Assembly: GCA_963827275.1 (NCBI GenBank)
Contig: CAWHAA010000005.1
Span: forward strand, 320,001 to 384,000
DNA length: 64,000 bases
Reading direction: 5' to 3'
DNA from: an uncultured Spirochaetota bacterium
GTDB lineage: Bacteria; Spirochaetota; UBA4802; UBA5550
The position numbers and the translations under genes were made by a program. Below, piece after piece: positions 20,527-30,343 of this stretch. Position 1 is the stretch's first letter. Every line of letters starts with the position of its first letter. The notes below the pieces were generated by a model that did no database searches, had not been told where the DNA came from, and was given only the letters and a program-made list of their open reading frames with translations.

Positions 20527-20712
20527 ATGCAAGCACAATGCATAAAACATCCCGACAATGAGGGGAGATATTTTTGTTCAAAATATACAATATATCTCTG
20601 CAACGAGTGCCTCTTATGCCAGGACCCCGGGGGTTACTGTAAATTCAGAACATCCTGCATCATCAATGAATTTAACAAGCATGGCAAACCACTACTCCCC
20701 ATCGATATATAA
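20527..20712 (+). CDS. Small Cys-rich (B-box-like) metal-binding protein
   Basis: CxxH-x8-C-x7-CxxCxxC-x6-C-x5-C in 61 aa. Confidence 0.7.
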   Translation: MQAQCIKHPDNEGRYFCSKYTIYLCNECLLCQDPGGYCKFRTSCIINEFNKHGKPLLPIDI

Positions 20713-20813
20713 ACATCGAGTGGCGAAATTTATCCTTTACCATTGAAAAATCATTTATCGAATTATCATTCCAATTCGTTAATCCTGTAATCAATTTCAA
20801 GGAAGGATTAATT

Positions 20814-21260
20814 ATGATGATTCAAACGACAATCAATATCCATAAAACAACTCTTGAAAAAATTACTCATGCCTCACTCCATTCCGGTGTTTCCCGCAAC
20901 CAGTTAATAATAAGGCTTTTAAAAAAAGAGATGAATATTGTACAAAATAATTTTAAACATGGTAAAAGAATACAATACCAGGGAAGGGACGGGGCGAAAA
21001 ACTGGCACACATTTCACCTGCAACTCAGGCCGGATGATTATGAATATTTTTTGGACTTGAGGAAGTTGTTTAAAATGTCGATTTCGCGTATTCTTGCAAT
21101 AGCGGTTGCTAAATATCTACAAGATATCAAAAACAAAATTACCGATAACTATCAATATAGAAACTACATTATAATAAAAGACATAATTGATGATGTCATA
21201 TGCTGGAAACTCCTATGGGGATTCCCCAAAACTCCGGAACTGCTATTTTCCCCCCACTAG
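20814..21260 (+). CDS. Hypothetical protein with ribbon-helix-helix-like segments (DUF1564-like)
   Basis: TTINIH...GVSRNQLIIRLL and FHLQLRPDDYEYFLDLRKLFKMSISRILAIAV; AAGGA RBS. Confidence 0.7.
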   Translation: MMIQTTINIHKTTLEKITHASLHSGVSRNQLIIRLLKKEMNIVQNNFKHGKRIQYQGRDGAKNWHTFHLQLRPDDYEYFLDLRKLFKMSISRILAIAVAKYLQDIKNKITDNYQYRNYIIIKDIIDDVICWKLLWGFPKTPELLFSPH

Positions 21261-21385
21261 CCTCTCCCGATACAACCGCCTGATAATATTTATATCACGT
21301 GAGCACAAAACTTCTTGATTAATATACCATATTCCGGGAAATTCGAGAGCTATACCTGTTCAGCGTGACACCAAGGAGGAGATAC

Positions 21386-23152
21386 GTGTCGAAACCTGAC
21401 CCCACAAAGCTTGCCGACTGGCAGATTGCCGAAGAATGCGAAAAAAGCATGAAAACCGTGTACCAGCTCGCTGAAGAGCTGGGGATACAAAACGAGGAAC
21501 TGCTGCCCAATAGCCACTATTATGGTAAAGTCGATTTTGAGCTGGTACTCGAGCGCCTGAAAAACAGGCCTGACGGTAAATATATTGACGTTACCGCCAT
21601 TACCCCTACTCCGCTGGGCGAAGGGAAAAGCACCTCAACCATCGGTCTTCTCCAGGGTCTTGGCAAGCGCGGAAAAAAGGCCACCGGCGCCATACGTCAG
21701 CCATCGGGCGGGCCTACAATGAACATTAAGGGGAGCGCAGCCGGCGGAGGGCTGTCGCAGTGTATTCCCCTCATCCCATTCTCTTTCGGCCTTACCGGCG
21801 ACAACAATGACATCATGAACGCGCATAACCTCGCCATGGTGGCCCTTACCGCACGGATGCAGCATGAATTCAATTACGACGACGCAATGCTCGCGTCCAA
21901 GAAACTCCGGCGGCTCAGCATCGATCCGCGCAGCGTCGAAATGGGATGGGTCATCGATTTCTGTGCGCAATCTCTCCGTAAAATAATGATCGGGATGGGA
22001 GGACCATCCGACGGCTTCCTCATGGAATCAAGATTCCAGATCGCGGCGAGTTCCGAGTTGATGGCGATCCTGGCGGTATCATCAAGCATGGCCGATATGC
22101 GGGAGCGCATCGGAAGGATTGTCATCGCGCACAGCAAGAGCGGCACCCCGGTCACCACCGCCGACCTCGAGGTGGACGGCGCCATGACAGCCTGGATGTT
22201 CAACACGCTCAAGCCGAACCTTTTGCAGACGCTTGAGGGCCAGCCCCTGTTCGTGCACGCGGGTCCGTTCGCGAATATCGCGATAGGCCAGTCGTCGATC
22301 GCCGCCGACAAGCTCGCCCTCAAGCTTTCCGATTACCATGTTACCGAAAGCGGCTTCGGCGCAGACATCGGCTTCGAGAAATTCTGGAACCTGAAATGCA
22401 GGATGAGCAGACTCAAGCCGCACTGCGCGGTCATCGTCGCGACCGTACGGGCGCTCAAGAGCCACGGCGGGGGCCCTCCGGTCCCGCCGGGCCATCCCCT
22501 CGACCCCGTATATACAGAAGAAAATGTTGCGATGGTTGAAAAAGGATGCGCCAACCTGATACGTCATATCCAGACCGTGAAAAAAGCGGGGATAAATCCG
22601 GTGGTATGCATCAATCCATTTTCTACAGATACAAAAACGGAGATCGCGGAGATCAAGCGGCAGGCCGAGGCAGCGGGTGCCCGCGTTGCGGTTTCCCATC
22701 ACTGGCTCAAAGGCGGCGACGGCGCCCTTGAACTCACCGACGCCGTTATCGATGCCTGCGCTGAAAAAACGAATTTCAAGTTCCTCTATGACCTTGAAAT
22801 GCCGCTTTCCAGGCGTATAGAAACGATCGCGAAAAAAGTGTACGGCGCCGACGGTGTTAAATACCTGCCCGATGCCGAAGAAAAACTGAAGAAAATTGAC
22901 CGCGATCCCGAGTTGGCAAAGCTCGGCACCTGCATGGTCAAAACGCATCTTTCCCTGTCCCATGATCCGAACCTGAAAGGTGCGCCTACCGGCTGGGTCC
23001 TCCCCGTGAGGGACATCATCATCTTTCGCGGTGCGGGTTTCGTGGTGCCGGTTGCCGGAGCGATAAGCCTGATGCCGGGAACGGCGTCAGACCCGGCATT
23101 CAGGAGAATCGATGTTGATCTCAATCGGCGGAAGGTGACAGGAGTGTTTTAA
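21386..23152 (+). CDS. fhs: Formate-tetrahydrofolate ligase
   Basis: [47 protein letters not shown] before GTG 21386. Confidence 0.96.
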   Translation: MSKPDPTKLADWQIAEECEKSMKTVYQLAEELGIQNEELLPNSHYYGKVDFELVLERLKNRPDGKYIDVTAITPTPLGEGKSTSTIGLLQGLGKRGKKATGAIRQPSGGPTMNIKGSAAGGGLSQCIPLIPFSFGLTGDNNDIMNAHNLAMVALTARMQHEFNYDDAMLASKKLRRLSIDPRSVEMGWVIDFCAQSLRKIMIGMGGPSDGFLMESRFQIAASSELMAILAVSSSMADMRERIGRIVIAHSKSGTPVTTADLEVDGAMTAWMFNTLKPNLLQTLEGQPLFVHAGPFANIAIGQSSIAADKLALKLSDYHVTESGFGADIGFEKFWNLKCRMSRLKPHCAVIVATVRALKSHGGGPPVPPGHPLDPVYTEENVAMVEKGCANLIRHIQTVKKAGINPVVCINPFSTDTKTEIAEIKRQAEAAGARVAVSHHWLKGGDGALELTDAVIDACAEKTNFKFLYDLEMPLSRRIETIAKKVYGADGVKYLPDAEEKLKKIDRDPELAKLGTCMVKTHLSLSHDPNLKGAPTGWVLPVRDIIIFRGAGFVVPVAGAISLMPGTASDPAFRRIDVDLNRRKVTGVF

Positions 23153-23213
23153 CGATAGTTATCGGTAACATTATAATAATTAATATCATTACATGGGGGG
23201 AGGGTGACGGATA

Positions 23214-24017
23214 ATGAAAACAACAAAACAACTATTCGGATTATTGCTTCTTTCAATTGTGGGACTGTATTGCAGCACAGTGCCCATTACCGGCAGAAAG
23301 CAGCTGATAATCGTTCCCGAATCGCAGATACTTTCCATGAGCATGACAGAATACTCGACATTCATGAAATCAAATAAATTAAGCCAGAACGCCCAGCAGG
23401 CTGCGACCATACGAGCAGTCGGCCAGAGACTGCGGGCCGCGGTCGAGCAGTACCTGTCCTCGATAAATCAATCGGCACTGGTAAAGGATTTCGAATGGGA
23501 ATTCAGCCTGGTGGAATCCAACGAAGTGAATGCGTGGGCAATGCCCGGCGGCAAGGTTGTCTTCTACACCGGCATACTCCCCGTCACAAAAAACGAGACC
23601 GGGATAGCGGTGGTGATGGGACATGAAATAGCGCATGTGGTGGCGCGCCACGGTAACGAGCGCGTGAGCCAGGGCCTCCTGACCCAATACGGCGGCGCGG
23701 CCTTGTCCGTATTGATAAAGGATAAACCTGAAGCGACACAACAACTCTGGATGACCGCCTTCGGCCTCGGGGCTCAAGTGGGAGTCATCCTGCCCTATAG
23801 CCGCACCCACGAAAAAGAGGCTGACCGTATCGGCATGATCATCATGGCCATTGCCGGCTATGATCCCAACCAGGCGGTGGAATTCTGGCAGCGGATGTCC
23901 GAGATGAATACCGGGACAAAGCCCCCGGAATTTCTCAGCACGCACCCCTCAGATAGCACAAGGATCCGCCTTTTGAAGGAAGTGCTTCCAGAGGCGATGA
24001 CTTATTATAAGAAGTAA
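23214..24017 (+). CDS. M48 metallopeptidase lipoprotein
   Basis: Lipobox-like LYC, NAWAMPGGK, HEIAH, FLSTHP. Confidence 0.92.
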   Translation: MKTTKQLFGLLLLSIVGLYCSTVPITGRKQLIIVPESQILSMSMTEYSTFMKSNKLSQNAQQAATIRAVGQRLRAAVEQYLSSINQSALVKDFEWEFSLVESNEVNAWAMPGGKVVFYTGILPVTKNETGIAVVMGHEIAHVVARHGNERVSQGLLTQYGGAALSVLIKDKPEATQQLWMTAFGLGAQVGVILPYSRTHEKEADRIGMIIMAIAGYDPNQAVEFWQRMSEMNTGTKPPEFLSTHPSDSTRIRLLKEVLPEAMTYYKK

Positions 24018-24086
24018 CTTTATATATACATTTCTCGTGATTTGTTTTAGATATTCATATTCTTTGATTTCTCATCTCTTCTTCTC

Positions 24087-24123
24087 CCCGATAGTTATCG
24101 GTTCTATACCGATAACTATCGGG
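24087..24123. repeat. Inverted doublet of family-A palindromes
   Basis: CCCGATAGTTATCGGT-tctat-ACCGATAACTATCGGG; the arms are exact reverse complements. Confidence 0.9.
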
Positions 24124-24161
24124 ACAACTACTCAAAGCACGCCATTTTTCAGAAATTAATC

Positions 24162-24222
24162 TTGACAAGGGGTCATTATTATATTACTATATCAATATAT
24201 CTTGATATAGTAATATAATAAT
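24162..24222 (+). promoter_or_regulatory. Sigma70 promoter of the acsV operon overlapped by a 48-bp inverted repeat
   Basis: TTGACA(24162)-17 bp-TACTAT(24185); ATTATTATATTACTATATCAA-tatatc-TTGATATAGTAATATAATAAT (24175-24222). Confidence 0.8.
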
Positions 24223-24225
24223 ACC

Positions 24226-26209
24226 ATGACGCCCCACACTGTTACCATCGCGCCAGATGCCATCGAAATAACGGTCCCCCACGGCGAGAACCTCCTCCGC
24301 GCCGTGCATGCGGCGGGCGTGCACGTCAACTCCTCATGCGGCGGCCAGGGCACATGCGGGAAATGCCGGGTGCGGATCCTGAGCGGATCCCCTGAAGGCG
24401 GCAGGACCGAAAAAATATCAAACGAAGAATACGCAAAGGGCTACCGGCTCGCCTGCCTGACCCATGTTGAAACATCCCTGAAGGTGGAGATCCCGCCCGA
24501 CTCGCGCCTCCACCGCGGGGTCCTGGACAGGTCCCGCGTGAAATCACCTACCGGCAGGCTGGCGACCGCGCGGGCGGTGGACCTGCCCGGCGCGGATCAA
24601 AGAAGCCTTGTTGTTGAAAAAAAATTCATCACCATAGATCCGCCCACGATCGAAGATAACGCGAGCGACCTGTCGAGGGTCTGCCGCGCGCTCAAAAAAC
24701 AGCACGCCATCAAGGACGCCGAGGTCGATTACCCGGTCCTGCTGAAGCTCTCCCGGGCGATACGCGAAAACAACTGGCAGGCAACCGTTACAATTCTGAA
24801 GGACGGGACGGAGGCGCTTCCCGAAAACAGGCGCTCTCAGATCATCCGCATCCAGCCGGGTGATACGACCGGCCGCCATTTTGCGGTCGCGGTCGATGTG
24901 GGCACCACGACGATCTGCGGAGAGCTCATCGACCTCATAAAAGGGGAAACCATCGCGGATTCATCGGAATATAACGGGCAGATAAAGTTCGGCGAGGACG
25001 TAATCACCAGAATGGTTTTCGCGCAGAAAAACGAGGGCCTGGTCATTCTGCAAAAGACGGCGGCGGATACGATCAACACCGTCATCGATTCGCTGCTCAC
25101 GAAAGGGAACATCGACCGCGCCGACATATCCCACATCACTGTTGCGGGAAATACCGCCATGACGCACATCCTGCTCGGGCTTGACCCGCGGTATATCCGC
25201 TCCGCGCCCTATACGCCCACGGTCAACCAGATGCCCCCTGTCAGGGCGATCGAAATCGGGCTCGGGCTCCCCGGCCACGCGCGCCTCACCGTCATGCCGC
25301 TTATATCAAGCTACGTGGGGGGCGACATCGTGGCCGGCGTCCTTGCCTCCGGACTGCACCGACGCAGCGCCAACACGCTCTTCATCGATATCGGCACCAA
25401 CGGCGAGATCGTTGTCGGGAACCGGGAGTGGCTCGTCACCGCGTCCTGCTCCGCAGGCCCGGCGTTCGAGGGGGGCGGCATCCGGCACGGCATGCGCGCC
25501 ACCTTCGGCGCCATCGAGGAGGTCCGCATCGACCCCGGCACCTGCGAACCGGTGGTCTTCACGATCGGCGGGGAAAAGCCGAAGGGCATCTGCGGCTCCG
25601 GCATCATAAACATCGTGGCCGAATTTCTGGAAACAGGCCTGCTCGAGCCCAACGGCAGGTTCAGGACCGATCTCTCGACCGGCAGGCTGCGGCAGGGCCG
25701 CGACGGCATGGAATTCGTCCTGGTCACGGCCGACCGGAGCGGAATTGACGGCGACATCGTCATCACCGAGGTTGACATCGACAACTTCATGCGCGCCAAG
25801 GGCGCACTCTATGCCGGCTACCAGACGCTGCTTGAGAGCGTGGGTCTTTCGTGGACGGACCTCGACGAGGTGATTATCGCCGGGGCGTTCGGGAGCTACG
25901 TGGACATCGAGAAATCGATCATCACCGGGCTCTTCCCCGACCTCCCGGTGGAGCGCTTCAGCTTCATCGGCAACAGCTCGCTCCAGGGGGCCCGGCTCGC
26001 GCTGCTGTCGCGCGAGCTGCTCGACGAAGCGAATGGGATCGCGGCGAAAGATGACGAACATCGAGCTGAGCGACCACAAATCATACATGGACCACTACGT
26101 GGCGTCGCTCTTCTTCCCCCACACGGAGCTTAGAAATTTCCCGACGGTCATGGAGCGGTTCAAGAATATCGAACGCATGTGCAGCGACAACAAAGGAGAC
26201 AGCGAGTGA
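24226..26209 (+). CDS. acsV: Reductive activator of corrinoid proteins (RACo, 2Fe-2S plus ASKHA domain); frameshift near 26048
   Basis: CGGQGTCGKC, DVGTTT, DIGTNGE, SAGPAFEG, GICGSG; removing one A at 26047-49 restores MTNIELS...YVASLFFPHT. Confidence 0.9.
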
Positions 26210-26961
26210 GCACCATCATAGCGGTCGCCGGCAAGGGCGGCACCGGAAAAACGACAACGGCGGCGCTGATCATACGGCACCTCCTTAAAAAGGGGAAAAC
26301 GCCGCTCCTGGCGATGGACGCTGACCCGAACGCGAACCTGGCGGATTCACTGGGGATCAGCGTGCCCGACACCATCGGGTCCGTGCTTTCGGACTTCATG
26401 CGCAAACGGGCGGAGCTCCCGGCGGGCATGACCAAGCAGGCCTATCTCGACATGCAATTTCACCAGATCCTGAAAGAAGGCAAAGACATCGACATGCTCG
26501 TCATGGGATGCCCCGACGGGCCCGGGTGCTACTGCGCCGCCAACTCGATCCTTAAAGACTACTTCGATAACCTTTCGAAAAATTATCCTTATATCGTGGT
26601 GGATAATGAAGCGGGCATGGAGCACTTCAGCCGGAAGACGGCGGCCCATATCGACACGCTCATCTTCTGCTCCAATTATTCCCTGAAGGGCCTGAAGACT
26701 GTGAAGACGCTTGCTGAAATGGTAAAAGACCTGAAAATAGACGTCCGGGAACGCTACCTGCTGGTCAACCGCACTCCCGAGACCCTTGAACCTGCGTTCC
26801 TGGAGAGCATCAGGGAGACCGGCATTCCATTCCTCGGGCATACCGTCATGGATACCGAGATCGAGGAGTCGGAAATCAAGGGGATACCGCTGATCGATAT
26901 GCCGGACAGCTCGAAGACCGTGCAGAGGATCGAGGAGATGCTGAACAAAATAATCCCATGA
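26206..26961 (+). CDS. cooC: CooC/AcsF-type nickel-insertion ATPase
   Basis: GKGGTGKT, DADPNANL, GPGCYC, DNEAGMEH; GTG overlaps the acsV stop. Confidence 0.92.
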   Translation: MSTIIAVAGKGGTGKTTTAALIIRHLLKKGKTPLLAMDADPNANLADSLGISVPDTIGSVLSDFMRKRAELPAGMTKQAYLDMQFHQILKEGKDIDMLVMGCPDGPGCYCAANSILKDYFDNLSKNYPYIVVDNEAGMEHFSRKTAAHIDTLIFCSNYSLKGLKTVKTLAEMVKDLKIDVRERYLLVNRTPETLEPAFLESIRETGIPFLGHTVMDTEIEESEIKGIPLIDMPDSSKTVQRIEEMLNKIIP

Positions 26962-26972
26962 GATCGCACAAT

Positions 26973-26998
26973 CCCCCCTGTCCCCCCGAGGGGGCACG
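26973..26998. repeat. Family-B hairpin repeat (single copy)
   Basis: CCCCCCTGTCCCCCCGAGGGGGCACG. Confidence 0.8.
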
Positions 26999-27032
26999 AG
27001 GGAGATAATTATATCTGATAAACATGACATGT

Positions 27033-27458
27033 ATGATACAAGGAATAAGCCATATAACATTGATTGTTAACGACATCGAAAAAACAGCGGATCTCTTCCG
27101 TAAAATATTCGATGCGCGAGAAGTTTATTCAAGCGGGGATGATATTCATTCCCGATCAAGCGAAATATTTTTTTTGGTCAATGACGTCTGGTTCGCATTA
27201 ATGCAGGGGAATTCATGCCAGGAAAAAACGTATAATCATGTTGCATTTAAAATCAGCGATGACGATTTCGGCATCTACTCAAAAAAGATTGCAGAAATGG
27301 GCCTGGTAACAATTAAAGACAGGAAAAGAATGCCCGGAGAAGGAAAATCCATATATTTTTACGATTATGACAATCACCTCTTTGAGCTGCATGCCGGGAC
27401 CCTGGAGGAAAGATTGGAGCATTATAAAAAGGAATCGCCGACCGTTCAGCAGTCGTAA
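27033..27458 (+). CDS. fosX: FosX-family fosfomycin resistance hydrolase (VOC fold)
   Basis: GISHITLIV, EVYSSGD, TYNHVAF, GEGKSIYFYDYDNHLFELHAGTLEERL. Confidence 0.85.
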   Translation: MIQGISHITLIVNDIEKTADLFRKIFDAREVYSSGDDIHSRSSEIFFLVNDVWFALMQGNSCQEKTYNHVAFKISDDDFGIYSKKIAEMGLVTIKDRKRMPGEGKSIYFYDYDNHLFELHAGTLEERLEHYKKESPTVQQS

Positions 27459-27504
27459 GAGCCGATCAGCACAATAATACCATGACAGGCATAACAAACG
27501 AATA

Positions 27505-28461
27505 ATGATCCGCACCATGAACACATTGGGCTGCAACTCAGTACCATTTCTCTTTATAATCGATTTTTTGATGAAAAAACCGGTCATCATCCCATTGTCC
27601 GACATCAAAGAATCCGAGATACTTTTTGACATCAATGGCATTACCAACGCCCCGGCATCTACCCGTACCGGGAGCGCGGCGGCGTTGAAGAAATATCCCC
27701 CCTCATATGCACACTATTCAACTGCTTTTGCAAAAGTGCAGGAACACCAGATGCGGGGCGACTCATATCTCCTGAACCTGACATTTCCGACCCCCATAGA
27801 AATATCCCTCACGCTCCGGGAGCTATACTTCCTGAGCAGAGCGCGTTATAAAATATGGTTCCGGGACATATTCCTTGTCTTTTCACCCGAGTCCTTCATC
27901 CGGATAGAGGACGGACGCATCTCGTCCTACCCCATGAAAGGCACGATCAATGCCGCCATCCCGTGCGCCGAAGAGATTATTCTGGGCGATGAGAAGGAGT
28001 TCTCGGAACACCTGACCATCGTCGACCTTATACGGAATGATTTGAATATAGTTGCCGACAACGTTACCGTTGACCGGTTCCGTTATGTGGAGCAGGTACG
28101 CACCTCTGATTCGACGCTGCTGCAGGTCAGCTCGCAGATTTCCGGCGACCTTCCTTCAGACTATCAGGGAGACATCGGGAGCATTATCACCGCGCTCCTG
28201 CCGGCCGGATCCGTGAGCGGTGCGCCAAAGAATAGAACCATTGAGATTATCAACGAGGTTGAGAACTATGACCGTGGCTATTATACCGGCGTTGCAGGTT
28301 ACTTCGACGGGTCGAATCTCGATAGTTGCGTCATGATACGGTATATTGAGCAGATCGGCGGGACACTCTGCTATAAAAGCGGCGGCGGCATAACGGTATA
28401 CAGCGACCCGAAATCAGAATATCAGGAGCTCATCGACAAAGTGTATGTGCCGATTGTTTGA
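27505..28461 (+). CDS. pabB: Aminodeoxychorismate synthase component I (short type)
   Basis: GDSYLLNLT, FSPESF, PMKGTI, IVDLIRNDL, PAGSVSGAPK, KSGGGIT. Confidence 0.9.
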   Translation: MIRTMNTLGCNSVPFLFIIDFLMKKPVIIPLSDIKESEILFDINGITNAPASTRTGSAAALKKYPPSYAHYSTAFAKVQEHQMRGDSYLLNLTFPTPIEISLTLRELYFLSRARYKIWFRDIFLVFSPESFIRIEDGRISSYPMKGTINAAIPCAEEIILGDEKEFSEHLTIVDLIRNDLNIVADNVTVDRFRYVEQVRTSDSTLLQVSSQISGDLPSDYQGDIGSIITALLPAGSVSGAPKNRTIEIINEVENYDRGYYTGVAGYFDGSNLDSCVMIRYIEQIGGTLCYKSGGGITVYSDPKSEYQELIDKVYVPIV

Positions 28462-29038
28462 ATCCATACGGATAAAGAACGGCGTTCCGGATAACCTTCA
28501 ATATCACTCACGCCGGATGAACGCCTCACGTCATGAGATCTTTGGAAAAAATGAGGAGATCCGGCTGGCGGAAGCAATAATTGTTCCGCCCGAATACCAG
28601 ACCGGCACCGTCAAATGCCGGGTCGTGTATGGAGAAGAAATTGACTCAATATCCTTCGAGCATTACCAGAGACGAACGATCCGGAGTTTAAAGCTGATTC
28701 GGTCCGACGATGCGTTCTATGAGCATAAATTATGCGACCGGAGCCTCTTTGAGCAGCTTTTACTGGAACGCGGGACCTGTGATGACATCCTGATCCTGAA
28801 GAACGGCATGATCACAGACACCTCGTTCAGCAACGTGGCTTTTTTTGACGGGTCGGGATGGATCACGCCCGTGTCGCCTCTTCTGCGCGGCACGAAGCGA
28901 GAAAAACTTCTGGACGACGGTATTATAGAGGAAGAAAATGTTCATGTATCTGATCTGGGCCGTTTCAGGCATCTCAGTCTAATAAATGCCATGCTGGACA
29001 TCAGGGATGTCATCATTAATGTTGACAGAATCATGTAG
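28445..29038 (+). CDS. pabC: Aminotransferase class IV, probable 4-amino-4-deoxychorismate lyase
   Basis: LFESIRI, HSRRM, ITDTSFSN, LLRGTKR, INAM; overlaps pabB. Confidence 0.78.
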   Translation: MCRLFESIRIKNGVPDNLQYHSRRMNASRHEIFGKNEEIRLAEAIIVPPEYQTGTVKCRVVYGEEIDSISFEHYQRRTIRSLKLIRSDDAFYEHKLCDRSLFEQLLLERGTCDDILILKNGMITDTSFSNVAFFDGSGWITPVSPLLRGTKREKLLDDGIIEEENVHVSDLGRFRHLSLINAMLDIRDVIINVDRIM

Positions 29039-29085
29039 TGGCCTCTAAGTGTATCTGTTTCTGAGAGATACAAAGGGAGTAAATA

Positions 29086-29979
29086 ATGACGGCAACAATC
29101 ATCAGCGGAAAAGATATCGCCGCGCAGATACGGGAAGAGCTCAGGGCCGAAGTGGCCGGTCTTTCCGCGAAGCACAACATCAGGCCGGGCCTGGTGACCA
29201 TCCTGGTCGGCGACAACCCCGCCTCGGTCAGCTACGTGACCGGAAAGCAGAAGACCGCGCACGAGCTCGGGTTCCACTCCATCCAGGTGACCCAGCCGGC
29301 CGATATTTCCGAGGAAGAGCTGCTGAAGCTCGTTGACCGGTACAACAACGACCCGGCCATCCATGGCATACTGGTGCAGCTCCCCCTGCCGAAGCACATC
29401 AACGAGAACCGGGTGCTGTACGCGATCGACCCGGACAAGGACGTGGACGGGTTCCACCCCGTGAACGTCGGCAGGCTCATGATCGGGGACGCGCGCTTCT
29501 ATCCCTGCACGCCGTACGGGATACGGGAGATGCTGACGCGCGCCGGGGTGCAGATCGACGGCGCGGAGGTGGTCGTGGTGGGACGGAGCAACCTGGTGGG
29601 CAAGCCGATCGCGATGATGCTGGTGCAGAAGCAGAAAGGCGCGAACGCGACCGTGACCGTGTGCCATACCCGCACCAGGGACATAAAAGCCCACACCCTG
29701 CGCGCCGACATCCTGATCGTGGCCGCGGGCGCGCCCAACTCGGTGACCGCAGACATGGTGAAGGACGGCGCGGTGGTCATCGACGTGGGCGTGAACCGCG
29801 TGGGCGTCACCGCGGAAGGGAAAGCAATTCTAAAGGGAGATGTGGACTTCGAAGCGGTCAAAGAAAAGGCGTCGATCATCACGCCGGTCCCCGGGGGCGT
29901 GGGCCCCATGACCATCACCATGCTGATGAAGAACACGGTGCGGGCCGCGAAGCTCGCGGCAGGGATGACGCTGGATTAA
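29086..29979 (+). CDS. folD: Methylene-THF dehydrogenase/cyclohydrolase
   Basis: GILVQLPLP, KDVDGFHP, PCTPYG, GRSNLVGKP, TPVPGGVGPMT. Confidence 0.97.
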   Translation: MTATIISGKDIAAQIREELRAEVAGLSAKHNIRPGLVTILVGDNPASVSYVTGKQKTAHELGFHSIQVTQPADISEEELLKLVDRYNNDPAIHGILVQLPLPKHINENRVLYAIDPDKDVDGFHPVNVGRLMIGDARFYPCTPYGIREMLTRAGVQIDGAEVVVVGRSNLVGKPIAMMLVQKQKGANATVTVCHTRTRDIKAHTLRADILIVAAGAPNSVTADMVKDGAVVIDVGVNRVGVTAEGKAILKGDVDFEAVKEKASIITPVPGGVGPMTITMLMKNTVRAAKLAAGMTLD

Positions 29980-29980
29980 T

Positions 29981-30051
29981 GCCCCCTGGCCCCCGCAGGG
30001 GGCACGCATGTCAGGTTGATTCCCTGATGCCCCCTCGGGGGGACAGGGGGG
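29981..30051. repeat. Inverted pair of family-B hairpin repeats
   Basis: GCCCCCTGGCCCCCGCAGGGGGCACG ... TGCCCCCTCGGGGGGACAGGGGGG. Confidence 0.8.
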
Positions 30052-30076
30052 AGTAAAAGGATAAAAGGGTATTATA

Positions 30077-30295
30077 ATGGAATACAAAACAATCGAGAAA
30101 AAAGACGCGGCCGGCAACATGGTAAAGGTCCTTGACGCGACCTTCGAGCCGGGAACGCCGGAAACAAAAGGCGTCGGCGAAGACAGGGGCTGGCGCAGGC
30201 ACATGACAGATAAAAGTGAGATGCTGAAATACCTGAAAAACGGCGAGCGGTACTGGTATTCTCACGAGTGGTACGGGAGCGAGAAGAAACGATAA
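30077..30295 (+). CDS. Small hypothetical protein inside the acs cluster
   Basis: 72 aa with an aromatic-rich C-terminus; co-oriented between folD and acsD. Confidence 0.72.
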   Translation: MEYKTIEKKDAAGNMVKVLDATFEPGTPETKGVGEDRGWRRHMTDKSEMLKYLKNGERYWYSHEWYGSEKKR

Positions 30296-30304
30296 ATCAT
30301 GCAA

Positions 30305-30324
30305 GCGGGGTCACGTGACCCCGC
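30305..30324. repeat. Family-C perfect palindrome upstream of acsD
   Basis: GCGGGGTCACGTGACCCCGC just before the AAGGAGG RBS. Confidence 0.85.
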
Positions 30325-30343
30325 CTTTCCAAGGAGGACCATC

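Noticed and set aside
26131..26133. TAG in acsV as pyrrolysine
   Set aside because: The conserved C-terminus lies in another frame from about 26048
27482..27505. Possible eighth frameshift extending pabB upstream (ATG 27482)
   Set aside because: ATG 27505 already gives a plausible full-length protein; evidence insufficient
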